Positions 27,699 to 37,610 of a DNA stretch of 64,000 bases are shown here, in pieces. The notes under the pieces were generated by a model. The model saw only the letters and a list, made by a program, of their open reading frames with translations. It had not been told where the DNA came from and did no database searches. The stretch lies in contig JAZDQA010000013.1 in assembly GCA_043797085.1 (NCBI GenBank), positions 160,001 through 224,000 on the forward strand, written 5' to 3'. This stretch comes from Pseudomonadota bacterium. Its GTDB lineage: Bacteria; Campylobacterota; Campylobacteria; Campylobacterales; Sulfurimonadaceae. Position 1 is the first letter of the stretch; each line of letters starts with the position of its first letter. The translations under genes and the position numbers were made by a program.

Positions 27699-30035
27699 CT
27701 ACAGCTCCCTATTACACAAGAGGGCATAAGGACAGTATCGGCACTGTTTCATATCCTCCGTCATTTCCCAAATCCACATTTTTTGACGTGCTAAACCTCG
27801 CAAAATATCCTGTAATTTTTCACTTTTTGCCTCTAAAAACTGCTCATAAACAATTTTTCCTGTTTTGAGATCATAGTATCCGCAACGACTGACGTTTCCA
27901 AACTCTTGGGCAAGTGCACCATAAATAGCGAGCTGATAATCCACATCGCTCTCTTTTGGTTCACTGGTTGTATCGGCGAAATTACCGGTTTTGTAATCCA
28001 ACACTTCCAATCCATCGAGTGTACGATCAATCCTATCTATTCTACCAACAAGTTCAATCCCCTCAATAACTCTTCGGGAATCTTTTTCATGATACGCGAC
28101 ACGATTACCTTGAGCAAATCGTTCTATCTCATTAAAGTAAAAAGGTGTTAGTTTCTCAATCCACAACGCCTCAACATAGCGCTCCATCCCATCACTTTCC
28201 TCGTGTTCGCCCAAAACCTTGATGATCGCTTTTTTAATCTCATCGGACGAAATATAATGATCGCAGGTCATGTATATTTTTTCCATAGCCGCATGAAGAC
28301 GATTACCGATGTCCCGCTCGCGACTTAAATCTTGGGGTTGTTCATGTTCTTTTATTTTTAAAATATATTTGGTAAAAAACTGTCGTTTGCACGTTAAAAA
28401 GCTCTTTAAACCACTCGCAGAAAGAGGATGGGCACAAAAATCATACTCGCTCTCATAATCCTCAACACGACGCTCTTTAAATTCTACAATCGGGAAAAGA
28501 AGTGATACATAATCAACTTCCGCTTCATCCATCGAAATTCCCAATTGCAATAAAAACCGTGATGGAATGGTTTCGGTATTTTGAACGCACGAAATAGCAA
28601 CTTGCTGTGCGCGTTGAAACAACATCCAATAATAATGCTTTTGGAGAGATTCGCGCTCCAACGTCGTAGGCAAATCAGCTATTCGTCTCGTTTTGGTATT
28701 TAAAAAAAGATCTTTTTGACTTCGATGTGGAACGTACCCTTCATTAAAATCAACCACTATCACTCCATCAAATGCTACTCCCCGCGTCTCCAACAATCCC
28801 ATGACCGTAATTTTACCGCCACGCACATCATCAATCGAACGGCTTTTCACACGTGATAGATATATCCGCAGTGCTGATTTGAACTCATATCCGGACAATG
28901 CCTCGACAATGGGTTTAAATTTTTCACACTCTTCATTTAAAATCTCTTTGACCTCGATACGGTGCGCACTTTCCACCATCATCGCACACAAACAAATCAA
29001 ATCATCGTAGCGAAACGGTTCGTAATAATGTCCCTTAATCCATTCATACAGCTGTGATGAAACCCTCTCAAGCCGCGCCTTGTTTTCCACACTTTGCTCA
29101 CCCATATAAAGCTCTATGGCTTCTATATCGAGCACAACTCGTTCATCACTAAGTTTTGTTCCCATGGCAAAGTTAAAATTTTGTTCGTCATCAAACATTC
29201 GCAAATAGCTCGCAAACGCCTCATCAGGCGTAACGACCACAATACACTCAGGGGCAATTCCACTTTCTACCATCAGTGCGATCTTGGCTTTTACAAATCC
29301 AACCTGTACCAAACGATTATGAAAAACCTCACACGTCACATCCTCCAACGGTGCAATCACCGAGAATTCTATCATGGACATATCACTCATATTTATTCGA
29401 TATATATACCCTGCTTCTATATCCAACGACAGTTCTCGAAATCGAGTTGACATTTTTTCATTAAACGTTGTTGCATGGTAAAGACACTCCACTCGCGTTA
29501 CAGCCGCACAAGAACGGAGAACTTCAAGCTCATAACGACTCAAATACCCCTCAACATGTACGGTAATAGTCTCAAATCCTCGCACATATCCTTCATTTAT
29601 CACGATAGCAGATTTAGAAAATATCGGATCACTCCAACCGCGTGATTGGACTATATCTCTGTAACTAAACCATAGCTGTTTTAATATCGCAATATGCTCT
29701 TCGTATTCCCCATAAACGTCAGCACCTTCCAATGCATCAATAGAGACCATCTCACCGCTGAGTTCTTCAAAAAAACGAAAAATATAAGTAGAATTTTGGA
29801 TAAATGTAAAAAAGTTGCGTTCAATTAAAAGTTTATCAAATGTAGTAAAATCAGAGGCTTCGTGAAGGGCAAGAAGACGTAAATCGTTATCCGGTGATAC
29901 AACGTTTTCACTCAAAATCACCCGATCCAAAAAATCACCCATCCCCATAAGGGTAGGTAAAAATCCATCACTGTAAGTTTCTACTGTATCACGTATCGCA
30001 CGCGAGGTGGGGAAAACAACGCAAGTGCGTTGCAT
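27699..30035 (-). CDS. addB: AddB-like PD-(D/E)XK nuclease
   Basis: LSASGLKSFLTC, GRIDRID, LDYKTG, C-terminal CRYCPY..LC; adjacent to addA. Confidence 0.88.
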   Translation of the reverse strand: MQRTCVVFPTSRAIRDTVETYSDGFLPTLMGMGDFLDRVILSENVVSPDNDLRLLALHEASDFTTFDKLLIERNFFTFIQNSTYIFRFFEELSGEMVSIDALEGADVYGEYEEHIAILKQLWFSYRDIVQSRGWSDPIFSKSAIVINEGYVRGFETITVHVEGYLSRYELEVLRSCAAVTRVECLYHATTFNEKMSTRFRELSLDIEAGYIYRINMSDMSMIEFSVIAPLEDVTCEVFHNRLVQVGFVKAKIALMVESGIAPECIVVVTPDEAFASYLRMFDDEQNFNFAMGTKLSDERVVLDIEAIELYMGEQSVENKARLERVSSQLYEWIKGHYYEPFRYDDLICLCAMMVESAHRIEVKEILNEECEKFKPIVEALSGYEFKSALRIYLSRVKSRSIDDVRGGKITVMGLLETRGVAFDGVIVVDFNEGYVPHRSQKDLFLNTKTRRIADLPTTLERESLQKHYYWMLFQRAQQVAISCVQNTETIPSRFLLQLGISMDEAEVDYVSLLFPIVEFKERRVEDYESEYDFCAHPLSASGLKSFLTCKRQFFTKYILKIKEHEQPQDLSRERDIGNRLHAAMEKIYMTCDHYISSDEIKKAIIKVLGEHEESDGMERYVEALWIEKLTPFYFNEIERFAQGNRVAYHEKDSRRVIEGIELVGRIDRIDRTLDGLEVLDYKTGNFADTTSEPKESDVDYQLAIYGALAQEFGNVSRCGYYDLKTGKIVYEQFLEAKSEKLQDILRGLARQKMWIWEMTEDMKQCRYCPYALLCNREL

Positions 30036-30550
30036 TAAAACTCGAAAGTATTGGGATTGCGGGTATCAGCTTTGAGGTTATAGTAACGCTGTTTATCTGC
30101 AATGGAAACTTTTGCTAAAATATCCCAACGACCTACTTTTGGAAGATCTACCGCATTAAAGGTGTATTTTCCTTCATTGACGGTTGGGTTAGAGAGATTT
30201 AGATCAAAATCAGTAGTATCGGGGCGAGTCAACACCACCTCTACTTTGGCATTGCTAATTGCATTATTTAATTTATCGCTGATTTTATACACGATAACAG
30301 TCCCTTTTTCAGTGACCTGTGGTGTTAAAAAAGCAATAGTATAGTTTTTATCAAAGCTAATTTGTGCGGTGATAATATCATTCACTTTATCATCGTACTC
30401 ATGATAGCTTTGCATGCCGTATTTCGACATTTCTACAGGATTATTGAGTGCTACTTTTACCGTAACAACACATGCTGCAACCACACCAATTATTGACAAA
30501 CCAATAATCCACGGCCATTTTTTACCTGCATTTGTATTTGTATTATTCAC
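30035..30550 (-). CDS. FixH/CcoH family cbb3 oxidase assembly protein
   Basis: KKWPW N-terminus plus TM helix, LTRP, G.W; cco operon context. Confidence 0.8.
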   Translation of the reverse strand: MNNTNTNAGKKWPWIIGLSIIGVVAACVVTVKVALNNPVEMSKYGMQSYHEYDDKVNDIITAQISFDKNYTIAFLTPQVTEKGTVIVYKISDKLNNAISNAKVEVVLTRPDTTDFDLNLSNPTVNEGKYTFNAVDLPKVGRWDILAKVSIADKQRYYNLKADTRNPNTFEF

Positions 30551-31253
30551 TTTTTGTCTCTCTTTTTCTAAAAAAGCGCCCTCTTATATAGATAAAAAGT
30601 GCATACAAAATGATACCGTAAAATACTAAACGCAAAATATCAATAAATGTTTGGCTTCCAGTACCTGCAGATGAACTAAGAGTTTGTCCTTTTGAAGCAG
30701 CAATTTGTTCTGCAACATCTGCATAACCGTTGTACATAGCTACAGAATATTTGGATACAATCTCTGCCCCTTTGGCACGTTCTGCCAAAATAGGGAGAAT
30801 CGTACCTCCACGATTAACAATCAACTCTTTTACTTCATCAAAATTACGAGCAAACATAATTGAACTCACCACTGCACCTATGAAAGTTGCATTGGGGCTC
30901 AAAACTTGCCCTTTGTTAAAATCATTATATAAAGATGTTGGACGCGCTAGTATATCGACCTCTTTTTTGAGCTCTACAAACGTCATAATAACAGCAGAGC
31001 CATTTACCTCTGTACTAATACGCTTTTCAAAATCAGTAATTGATTCATTTTCATCCAAATCGCGAACCATCACCAAATAAAGTGAAATACCGGTTTTAGC
31101 TTTGAGCTCAGACCCTATGGATTCAATTTGCAAAGTAAATTTTGGGTTTTTAACAACATCATCTTTATATAAAAATTCAGCATGAAGTGAAGTGAAGAAA
31201 CATGATAAAAGTGTGAGGGCCGCTAGCCCTCGTGAAAATCTCAACGTACTCAA
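30543..31253 (-). CDS. Conserved membrane protein of the cco locus (TPM-like)
   Basis: Signal peptide, KTGISLY, ILPIL, NGYADVAEQIA, C-terminal TM. Confidence 0.7.
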   Translation of the reverse strand: MSTLRFSRGLAALTLLSCFFTSLHAEFLYKDDVVKNPKFTLQIESIGSELKAKTGISLYLVMVRDLDENESITDFEKRISTEVNGSAVIMTFVELKKEVDILARPTSLYNDFNKGQVLSPNATFIGAVVSSIMFARNFDEVKELIVNRGGTILPILAERAKGAEIVSKYSVAMYNGYADVAEQIAASKGQTLSSSAGTGSQTFIDILRLVFYGIILYALFIYIRGRFFRKRETKSE

Positions 31254-31351
31254 CCGACGAAGAGGTGATTAGGTGTAACTACTGCCCACAATGTGATTGC
31301 AGCAGAAATCACTAATGTGATCGTGATGAGTTTATCCATGATACTTGCCAT
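31250..31351 (-). CDS. 33-aa single-TM peptide in the cco operon
   Basis: Not in ORF track. AAGGGG RBS, MASIMDKLITITLVISAAITLWAVVTPNHLFVG; its TGA overlaps the next gene's TTG. Confidence 0.85.
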   Translation of the reverse strand: MASIMDKLITITLVISAAITLWAVVTPNHLFVG

Positions 31352-31361
31352 CTTAAACCCC

Positions 31362-31568
31362 TTATTTAACATCAACAACATGTTTAGCATTTTCGGTGCT
31401 AATCATCTTGATGTCTTTTTCATTTTCGACTTGATAGAAGTTAGCCGCGCTTGCTTGTTGTACACCCAATCCCCAGACGGTTAAACCGACGAGGATAGAG
31501 AGAAGCAATACGGTAGCAACTAACATGCCGGTAATACCGTGTATTGAAAATATACTACGATTTTCCAT
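31362..31568 (-). CDS. DUF4006-family small membrane protein
   Basis: NRSIFSIHGITGMLVATVLLLSIL; directly after ccoP. Confidence 0.8.
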   Translation of the reverse strand: MENRSIFSIHGITGMLVATVLLLSILVGLTVWGLGVQQASAANFYQVENEKDIKMISTENAKHVVDVK

Positions 31569-31578
31569 AATTTGCTCC

Positions 31579-32511
31579 TTATTTCTTACTCAAGCTTGCG
31601 ACATACGCGTCAAGTGCTTTAAATTGAACTTCAGTTAGGTTGTTAAATGCCGGCATTGCACCGATTGCACCTTTTTTACCATGTTTAAGAACCATATCAA
31701 CCATAGCCGGAGTCATCTCAGCAATGTTTGGAGCAACCATCTCCATACCTTTGCCATCAGGTCCATGACATGCCGCACATGTACCTGCAAAAACATCAGC
31801 ACCTTCAGTACCTTTTAATCCGCCGGCAACATATTTAGAAACTGCATCAATCTCTGCATCAGTAATTAATGCATTGGTATTAGCATTCATCAATCCGTTA
31901 CGATCAGGCATTGGCATGCTTGTTCCCAAAAGATTGTTATTTGCACCGTTTACAACAGCATGTTTTACTGATTGCTCAGCAAGACGAACGTGTAAATCAG
32001 CCGCTTTTCCACCCATACCGTCTGCTTGTAGACCATGACATGGTGCACATTGAACGATAAATACAGATTCACCCATCGCGTTAAGCGTAGCATTATCCAT
32101 ATTTGCAAATTGCGCTTCGAATTTTACGTCGTGTGCTGCAACTTCTTCATTATATTCACCGATTTGTGAATACGCGTTGACTGGGTATCCTGCAAGAAAA
32201 TACCAAATCGCCCAAATAACAGAACCAAGAAAGATAACCGCCCATCCAAAAGGAAGTTCGTTTTTATACTCTCCAATTCCATCCCAATTCTCATCTGCAA
32301 GCTTACCAGTCGCAGTATCATTTTGCATTTGTCGCACATATTTAGTAACTACGAATGCTGTTATGATGACGAGAACAACCGCACCTAAAACAGCGAGTTT
32401 ATTAACCCAGTCACCCTCACCACCCATACCGCCGGCAGCGCCAACAGCTACGTATGTGAAACCAAGCATCGCAATTACAACTATGATAGCAGCTAAAACT
32501 GTCTTATTCAT
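31579..32511 (-). CDS. ccoP: cbb3-type cytochrome c oxidase subunit III
   Basis: WDGIGEYKN.LP, CAPCH and CAACH. Confidence 0.95.
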   Translation of the reverse strand: MNKTVLAAIIVVIAMLGFTYVAVGAAGGMGGEGDWVNKLAVLGAVVLVIITAFVVTKYVRQMQNDTATGKLADENWDGIGEYKNELPFGWAVIFLGSVIWAIWYFLAGYPVNAYSQIGEYNEEVAAHDVKFEAQFANMDNATLNAMGESVFIVQCAPCHGLQADGMGGKAADLHVRLAEQSVKHAVVNGANNNLLGTSMPMPDRNGLMNANTNALITDAEIDAVSKYVAGGLKGTEGADVFAGTCAACHGPDGKGMEMVAPNIAEMTPAMVDMVLKHGKKGAIGAMPAFNNLTEVQFKALDAYVASLSKK

Positions 32512-32520
32512 GTATGCCTC

Positions 32521-32727
32521 CTACTTTTTTATCTCATCGTTTTTTGAGATCTCCTCGATCGGTTGATCGGTGATATCATCATGGAGCGCGATATTGCCAT
32601 ATTTCTCATAATCGCGTGTCCCTTTTCTCTGTGAGCTGTACAAATGATAAATATACGCATACAACACTACCACCAAGAAGGCGGTAAAGAAAAAATATCC
32701 ATACGCTTGAAATGTAGCAATATCCAC
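32521..32727 (-). CDS. ccoQ: cbb3-type oxidase subunit CcoQ
   Basis: LY.YIYHLY..Q.KG.RDYEKY; lies between ccoO and ccoP. Confidence 0.92.
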   Translation of the reverse strand: MDIATFQAYGYFFFTAFLVVVLYAYIYHLYSSQRKGTRDYEKYGNIALHDDITDQPIEEISKNDEIKK

Positions 32728-32739
32728 GTCAATTTCCTT

Positions 32740-33432
32740 TTATTTCAAACTGTTAAGGTACGCAATAATTGCAACGATTTCAGGAATAGTACCTGCGGCA
32801 ACTGCATCTTTAACATCTTGATCTTTCATATCCGCTGCAATCACTTTTGCTTCTTCAAGAGCTGATGCACGAGCACCTTCAACTGTATCGGCTAATGCAA
32901 CCGTTGCTTTTGAACCGTCTGCCATTGGAATCTCTGCATTGTAAGGAACAGCAAACGCTTTCATTACTGTCAATTGCTCAGCATACGCTGTATCAACATC
33001 TGCAGTGTTTTTAAACATCCATCTATAAGCTGGCATGATAGAACCAGGAACAACTCCTGCAGGATCTTTCATGTGGTTTTCGTGCCAATCTGTTGTACGG
33101 TAGTTACCTACACGCATCAAGTCAGGACCAGTACGTTTTGAACCCCAAAGGAACGGACGATCGTATGCATATTCACCGCTCAAAGAGTAGTGACCATAAC
33201 GATCCGTTTCAGATTTAAATGGACGGATCAACTGTGAGTGACATGCATTACAACTGTTTTTGATGTAAACATGACGACCAGCAAGCTCAAGCGTCGTATA
33301 AGGCTTCGTACCGATAACCGGACGAGATGCCTGTGCAAAGTTTGGCAGGATCTCAATAAGACCTGCAAAGGCAATAACAACAAAGACAGCAACCGCAAAA
33401 AAGAACGGGTTTTTCTCTAACCAGTGAAACAT
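32740..33432 (-). CDS. ccoO: cbb3-type oxidase subunit II
   Basis: CNACHSQLIRP, LWGSKRTGPDL, SIMPAY. Confidence 0.97.
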   Translation of the reverse strand: MFHWLEKNPFFFAVAVFVVIAFAGLIEILPNFAQASRPVIGTKPYTTLELAGRHVYIKNSCNACHSQLIRPFKSETDRYGHYSLSGEYAYDRPFLWGSKRTGPDLMRVGNYRTTDWHENHMKDPAGVVPGSIMPAYRWMFKNTADVDTAYAEQLTVMKAFAVPYNAEIPMADGSKATVALADTVEGARASALEEAKVIAADMKDQDVKDAVAAGTIPEIVAIIAYLNSLK

Positions 33433-33446
33433 TTTCCCCTCCTTAA

Positions 33447-34928
33447 TTATGCGCCCATTGGCGATGCGTTTTGAAGTTCACTCTCTTCTACGCGACGAGA
33501 GCTTGTCATTGTTTTGTACATATTGTACGCGAACAAGAACATACCCACTAGATATAATGTACCACCAACCGCACGGATTGTAAAATATGGATGCAATACA
33601 GCAACTGTATCGATGAATGAGTAAGCAAGGTTACCGAATTCATCATGTGCACGCCACATCATACCTTGAGTAATACCAGCAATCCACATAGATGTGAAGT
33701 ACAAGATAACCCCAAGAGTCTGAATCCAGAATTGTGTATTCATCAACGATTTAGAATAAATCTCACGTTTAAATACACGTGGAGCCATATGGAAAAGTGC
33801 TGCCATAATCATGAATGCAACCCAACCAAGAACACCATCATGAACGTGACCAACGATCCAGTCTGTAAAGTGAGCCAAAGCATTAACTGATTTGATCGCT
33901 TGAATAGGACCTTCAAGAGTAGAGAACATATAGAATGTTGATGCAAGAATCATGAATTTAATCAATGGACTTGCAGCAACTTGTTGCCATTCACCCTTCA
34001 TTGTAAGAAGCATGTTGATCGCAGAACCCCATGATGGGAGGATCAAAACAACAGAGAATACAGAACCCATTGTTTGCATCCAGTCAGGAACAGTCGAGAA
34101 CAACAAGTGGTGTCCGCCAGCCCAAAGGTATACAAACATCAAGCCCCAAAATGCAAGAAGAGACAATTTATATGAATAAACCGCTTGACCTGATTCTTTT
34201 GGAAGGAAGTAGTAGATCATCGCTACGATAGGTACTGTGAAACCAAACGCAACCGCGTTATGTCCATACCACCATTGCACCAACGCATCATTAGTACCTG
34301 AGTACATTGAAACTGAGTGATACCATGCACCAACACCGCCTGAAGCGAAATACGTTGGGATAGCCATATTGTTAAAGAGATACAACATAGCGATACCAAG
34401 GAAGGTAGCAATGTAATACCAAATAGAGATATAGAGTGATTTTTCACGGCGAATACCGATCAAACCAAAAAGACCCATACCCCAAATAACCCATACAACA
34501 ACGACAGCGATGTCAATAGGCCATTCAAATTCAGCATATTCTTTAGACGTAGTGATTCCCAATAAAAGTGAACCAACAACCGCCACAACTACTAATAAAT
34601 AAAGTGCAAAGTGCAGTTTCCCAAGGAACATCAAAAATTTTGACTCCGCCATAGAAACTTTCAATACACGCTGACCTATATAGTACCACGTAGCAAAAAT
34701 ACCACTAAGGGTAAATCCAAAAATGACTGCATCGGTGTGCAACGGACGAAGACGGCTAAAGTTTGTGTACTCTGCCAATCCTTCACCTGCAATGGTATTA
34801 ACAGCAGGGAAAGCCATTTCCCACGCCAAAATTACGCCGACAAGCATCCCGACAATACCGAGAACAACAGTTGTAAGCATAAACCACTTTGCAACCGTGT
34901 AATCATACTCCAATGGACGATTCTCCAT
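33447..34928 (-). CDS. ccoN: cbb3-type oxidase subunit I
   Basis: RLRPLHT, QWWYGHNAVAF, WAGGHHL, GHVHDG. Confidence 0.98.
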   Translation of the reverse strand: MENRPLEYDYTVAKWFMLTTVVLGIVGMLVGVILAWEMAFPAVNTIAGEGLAEYTNFSRLRPLHTDAVIFGFTLSGIFATWYYIGQRVLKVSMAESKFLMFLGKLHFALYLLVVVAVVGSLLLGITTSKEYAEFEWPIDIAVVVVWVIWGMGLFGLIGIRREKSLYISIWYYIATFLGIAMLYLFNNMAIPTYFASGGVGAWYHSVSMYSGTNDALVQWWYGHNAVAFGFTVPIVAMIYYFLPKESGQAVYSYKLSLLAFWGLMFVYLWAGGHHLLFSTVPDWMQTMGSVFSVVLILPSWGSAINMLLTMKGEWQQVAASPLIKFMILASTFYMFSTLEGPIQAIKSVNALAHFTDWIVGHVHDGVLGWVAFMIMAALFHMAPRVFKREIYSKSLMNTQFWIQTLGVILYFTSMWIAGITQGMMWRAHDEFGNLAYSFIDTVAVLHPYFTIRAVGGTLYLVGMFLFAYNMYKTMTSSRRVEESELQNASPMGA

Positions 34929-34964
34929 TTACGACCTCCTTAAAGATTCAAAGCATAAGAGCCT

Positions 34965-34986
34965 ATTTGTGTTTCTTAACACAAAT
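34965..34986. promoter_or_regulatory. Palindrome in the ccoN leader (operator or RNA hairpin)
   Basis: ATTTGTGTT-TCTT-AACACAAAT, between a minus-strand TATCAT (35016-35021) and the GGAGG RBS. Confidence 0.55.
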
Positions 34987-35182
34987 GTAACATTTCTAGG
35001 CTATTAAACACTCTAATGATAGCCATGGGTTCTTTTAATAAATCTTAAATAATTAAATATTTTGCTTGTTTGTCGAACTTAGTGATAAATTTAAGATTTT
35101 CAAAAGAATTAAGGGAAGAAAGGTAACACTCGTAGAAGTCGCAAAGTGGAGATTCCTCTCCTCTTGCGTTTTATTCGTCGTA

Positions 35183-36313
35183 TTAACGTGCGATTAAATT
35201 TAAAAATTCGGAAAAAATATAACGACTCTCTTTTGGTCCCGGACTTGCTTCAGGGTGATGTTGAACCGAGAACACATGACCGCTGTTGTATCGTAGTCCT
35301 TCGATGGTATTGTCGAAAAGATTGATATGGGTGACGGCAGCAATCTCACGTACTGATTCAGGAACATTGTAATTATGGTTTTGAGCCGTAATCTCAACCA
35401 TTCCGGTTGTCACATTTTTGACCGGATGATTTCCGCCGTGGTGCCCGAATTTAAGCTTATGCGTATCGTATCCATGAGCGATACTCAACAGCTGATGTCC
35501 CAAACAAATACCAAACAAAGGGATACGTCGAGCAATCAGCTTTTTGATTTCGTCTTGTTCATGCGTAAGAACCAAAGGATCTCCCGGACCGTTCGAGAGG
35601 AAAACACCGTCAATTTCTTTGGCATCGTATCGTGCAATCAAATCATCTCCGCTAAAAGTATTTGGCAATACTTCAACTTCCAGTCCCGCCTGCGTCAATT
35701 CATTAAGGATATTTCGTTTAACTCCAAAATCGATTGCGGCGATACGTGCTTTTGGAGCAGGCGCATCGTTATAACGAAAACTAAACGGATCATATACTCC
35801 ATTGGTATGCTTGTAAGCTACTTTTGTGCTCACTTCTTCGATGTAATTCACCTCTTCTATGCGAGGAGCTGCTTCAAGAAGAGTTTTTAGCTCTTCTTTG
35901 TCGCTTACTTGCGTTGAAGCAATCATCATCATAGCACCCTGCGTGCGAAGCATTTTGGTTAAAAAACGAGTATCGATATCACAAATACCGATAACTCCAT
36001 GTTTTTCTAAAAAAGTATGTAATGCTTCTTGTGCACGGAATGAGGAGTATTGACTTTGATACTGACGGACAATTACCCCTTTACAATGTGCTGCACAACT
36101 TTCCATATCCTCTTCATTTACACCAACGTTTCCGATTTCCGGCATAGTGAACGTGATAAATTGCCCTGCATACGAAGGATCAGAAATAATCTCTTGATAT
36201 CCTGTCAATGAAGTGTTAAAAACGATTTCACCAACACTTGTAGTATCGGCACCAAAACTTTTTGCTTGCAAATAAGTACCATTTTCGAGATAAATCCATA
36301 CGTCACGCATCAC
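35183..36313 (-). CDS. carA: Carbamoyl-phosphate synthase small subunit
   Basis: GEIVFNTSLTGYQE, LSNGPGDP, GICLGHQ, HPEASPGP. Confidence 0.97.
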   Translation of the reverse strand: MMRDVWIYLENGTYLQAKSFGADTTSVGEIVFNTSLTGYQEIISDPSYAGQFITFTMPEIGNVGVNEEDMESCAAHCKGVIVRQYQSQYSSFRAQEALHTFLEKHGVIGICDIDTRFLTKMLRTQGAMMMIASTQVSDKEELKTLLEAAPRIEEVNYIEEVSTKVAYKHTNGVYDPFSFRYNDAPAPKARIAAIDFGVKRNILNELTQAGLEVEVLPNTFSGDDLIARYDAKEIDGVFLSNGPGDPLVLTHEQDEIKKLIARRIPLFGICLGHQLLSIAHGYDTHKLKFGHHGGNHPVKNVTTGMVEITAQNHNYNVPESVREIAAVTHINLFDNTIEGLRYNSGHVFSVQHHPEASPGPKESRYIFSEFLNLIAR

Positions 36314-36861
36314 GCCATCCCCCGTCTTGCTATTTCATCTTTGTAGAGTTTTTCGTACAGTATTTCATATTCGTCTGTTCCCGGAATCATACGGCGCTTA
36401 TATGTTTTGATTTTTTCATAGACAGCGTTTTCGATTTCACTGGTATCGGCAATAAACGTTGTTATTGCATCATAAATTATATTTTTGATGCGGTTTTCAC
36501 TGACATCGTAATGAATCAAATCTTCTTCGTACAATGCATCCAAAATTTTATGTGCAATATCTGAATAACGGTCTTCATACGACAAAATAACTCCAAACTC
36601 AGGTGCTAATTTTTTCTTAATCATAAAAAATAGTTGTCGCTCATCGGCTAAATAAAAATCAATCTGCTCCTCATTGGCATTGACGATTTCTTTAACTTTT
36701 TCTTCCAGCGCCATTTCACGCTTAACGCTCTCAATCAATATTTTTTCAGCTTCATGCGCCGTTGCTTCCAAGCCATGAGTCATCGTAACCAATCCGCTGC
36801 GGTTAAGTTCTACGGCAATGCGACTCGAAATATGAGGTAAATGTGAGAGTGAAACTTTCAT
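36310..36861 (-). CDS. DUF507-family protein
   Basis: Recognised pattern (LFFMIKKKLA, SENRIKN, PGTDEY); overlaps carA. Confidence 0.8.
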   Translation of the reverse strand: MKVSLSHLPHISSRIAVELNRSGLVTMTHGLEATAHEAEKILIESVKREMALEEKVKEIVNANEEQIDFYLADERQLFFMIKKKLAPEFGVILSYEDRYSDIAHKILDALYEEDLIHYDVSENRIKNIIYDAITTFIADTSEIENAVYEKIKTYKRRMIPGTDEYEILYEKLYKDEIARRGMA

Positions 36862-36916
36862 GAGTAGCCCTAGTGTACTTTTTTGTTATTGTACTTTAGA
36901 TGACCTCTAAAATGGC

Positions 36917-37597
36917 TTAGAAAGCTTTTTTGTAATGCCTTAATGTAAAAAATGCAACTGCGCCACCTAAAATCAAGCCTCCCAGTACATCCAAAAATAC
37001 ATGTTGTTTAATTGCCATTGTAGAGTACACTATTCCTAAACACCATAGAGCATTTAACCCGATAATAATTTTTGTTCCCCGCATCTGCTTTAAATGCAAA
37101 TGAAGCCAAAAAAAGGAAAAAAAAGCTGTTGCAACGTGCAAAGAAGGAAAGGCATTCCCCCCCATATCTACTGATTTTAATAATTCCATGTTAGATGATG
37201 CAGCCCAATCACTACAGTTTTGCGGAATAACGGTTGGAAAAAAAATGTAAAAAAGTATTCCTATTATCGAAACCGCTCCAACGTATACACCATATTGGAA
37301 TAGCTCTTTTTTACTCTTTATAAGTGCTGGAGGCAGTGATACATACACCCATAATGAGAGATAAAAATAGAGATAAAAATCATTAAAAGAAATCCATTTA
37401 TCAATAAATACTAATGGAATTTGTGTCACTGTATAAAAATGATGCGTTAAAAGATAAAAGTAGAGAGCAAAAAAAAGAGCAATAAAACTCATCGTTCCTA
37501 CGGCTTTTAAACACCAATGCGCCCATAATCTGCAAGCTAAATTTTTAATGAACGAAGGACCGTCTTTTTGATAATCAGCAGTACCGCAAATATTCAC
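36917..37597 (-). CDS. PAP2/inositol-phosphorylceramide-synthase-like membrane protein
   Basis: NAFPSLHVA and ST..KQH..LDV motifs; about 6 TM. Confidence 0.8.
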   Translation of the reverse strand: MNICGTADYQKDGPSFIKNLACRLWAHWCLKAVGTMSFIALFFALYFYLLTHHFYTVTQIPLVFIDKWISFNDFYLYFYLSLWVYVSLPPALIKSKKELFQYGVYVGAVSIIGILFYIFFPTVIPQNCSDWAASSNMELLKSVDMGGNAFPSLHVATAFFSFFWLHLHLKQMRGTKIIIGLNALWCLGIVYSTMAIKQHVFLDVLGGLILGGAVAFFTLRHYKKAF

Positions 37598-37610
37598 ACG
37601 AGTTCTTTGC

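Noticed and set aside
27699..30035. Cas4-like nuclease or CRISPR association
   Set aside because: The Cys-stapled PD-(D/E)XK domain is that of AddB next to addA; no cas genes or repeat-spacer array were seen.
37157..37163. G7 tract in the PAP2/IPC-synthase-like gene as a phase-variation switch
   Set aside because: Shorter than typical Campylobacter contingency tracts and in frame.
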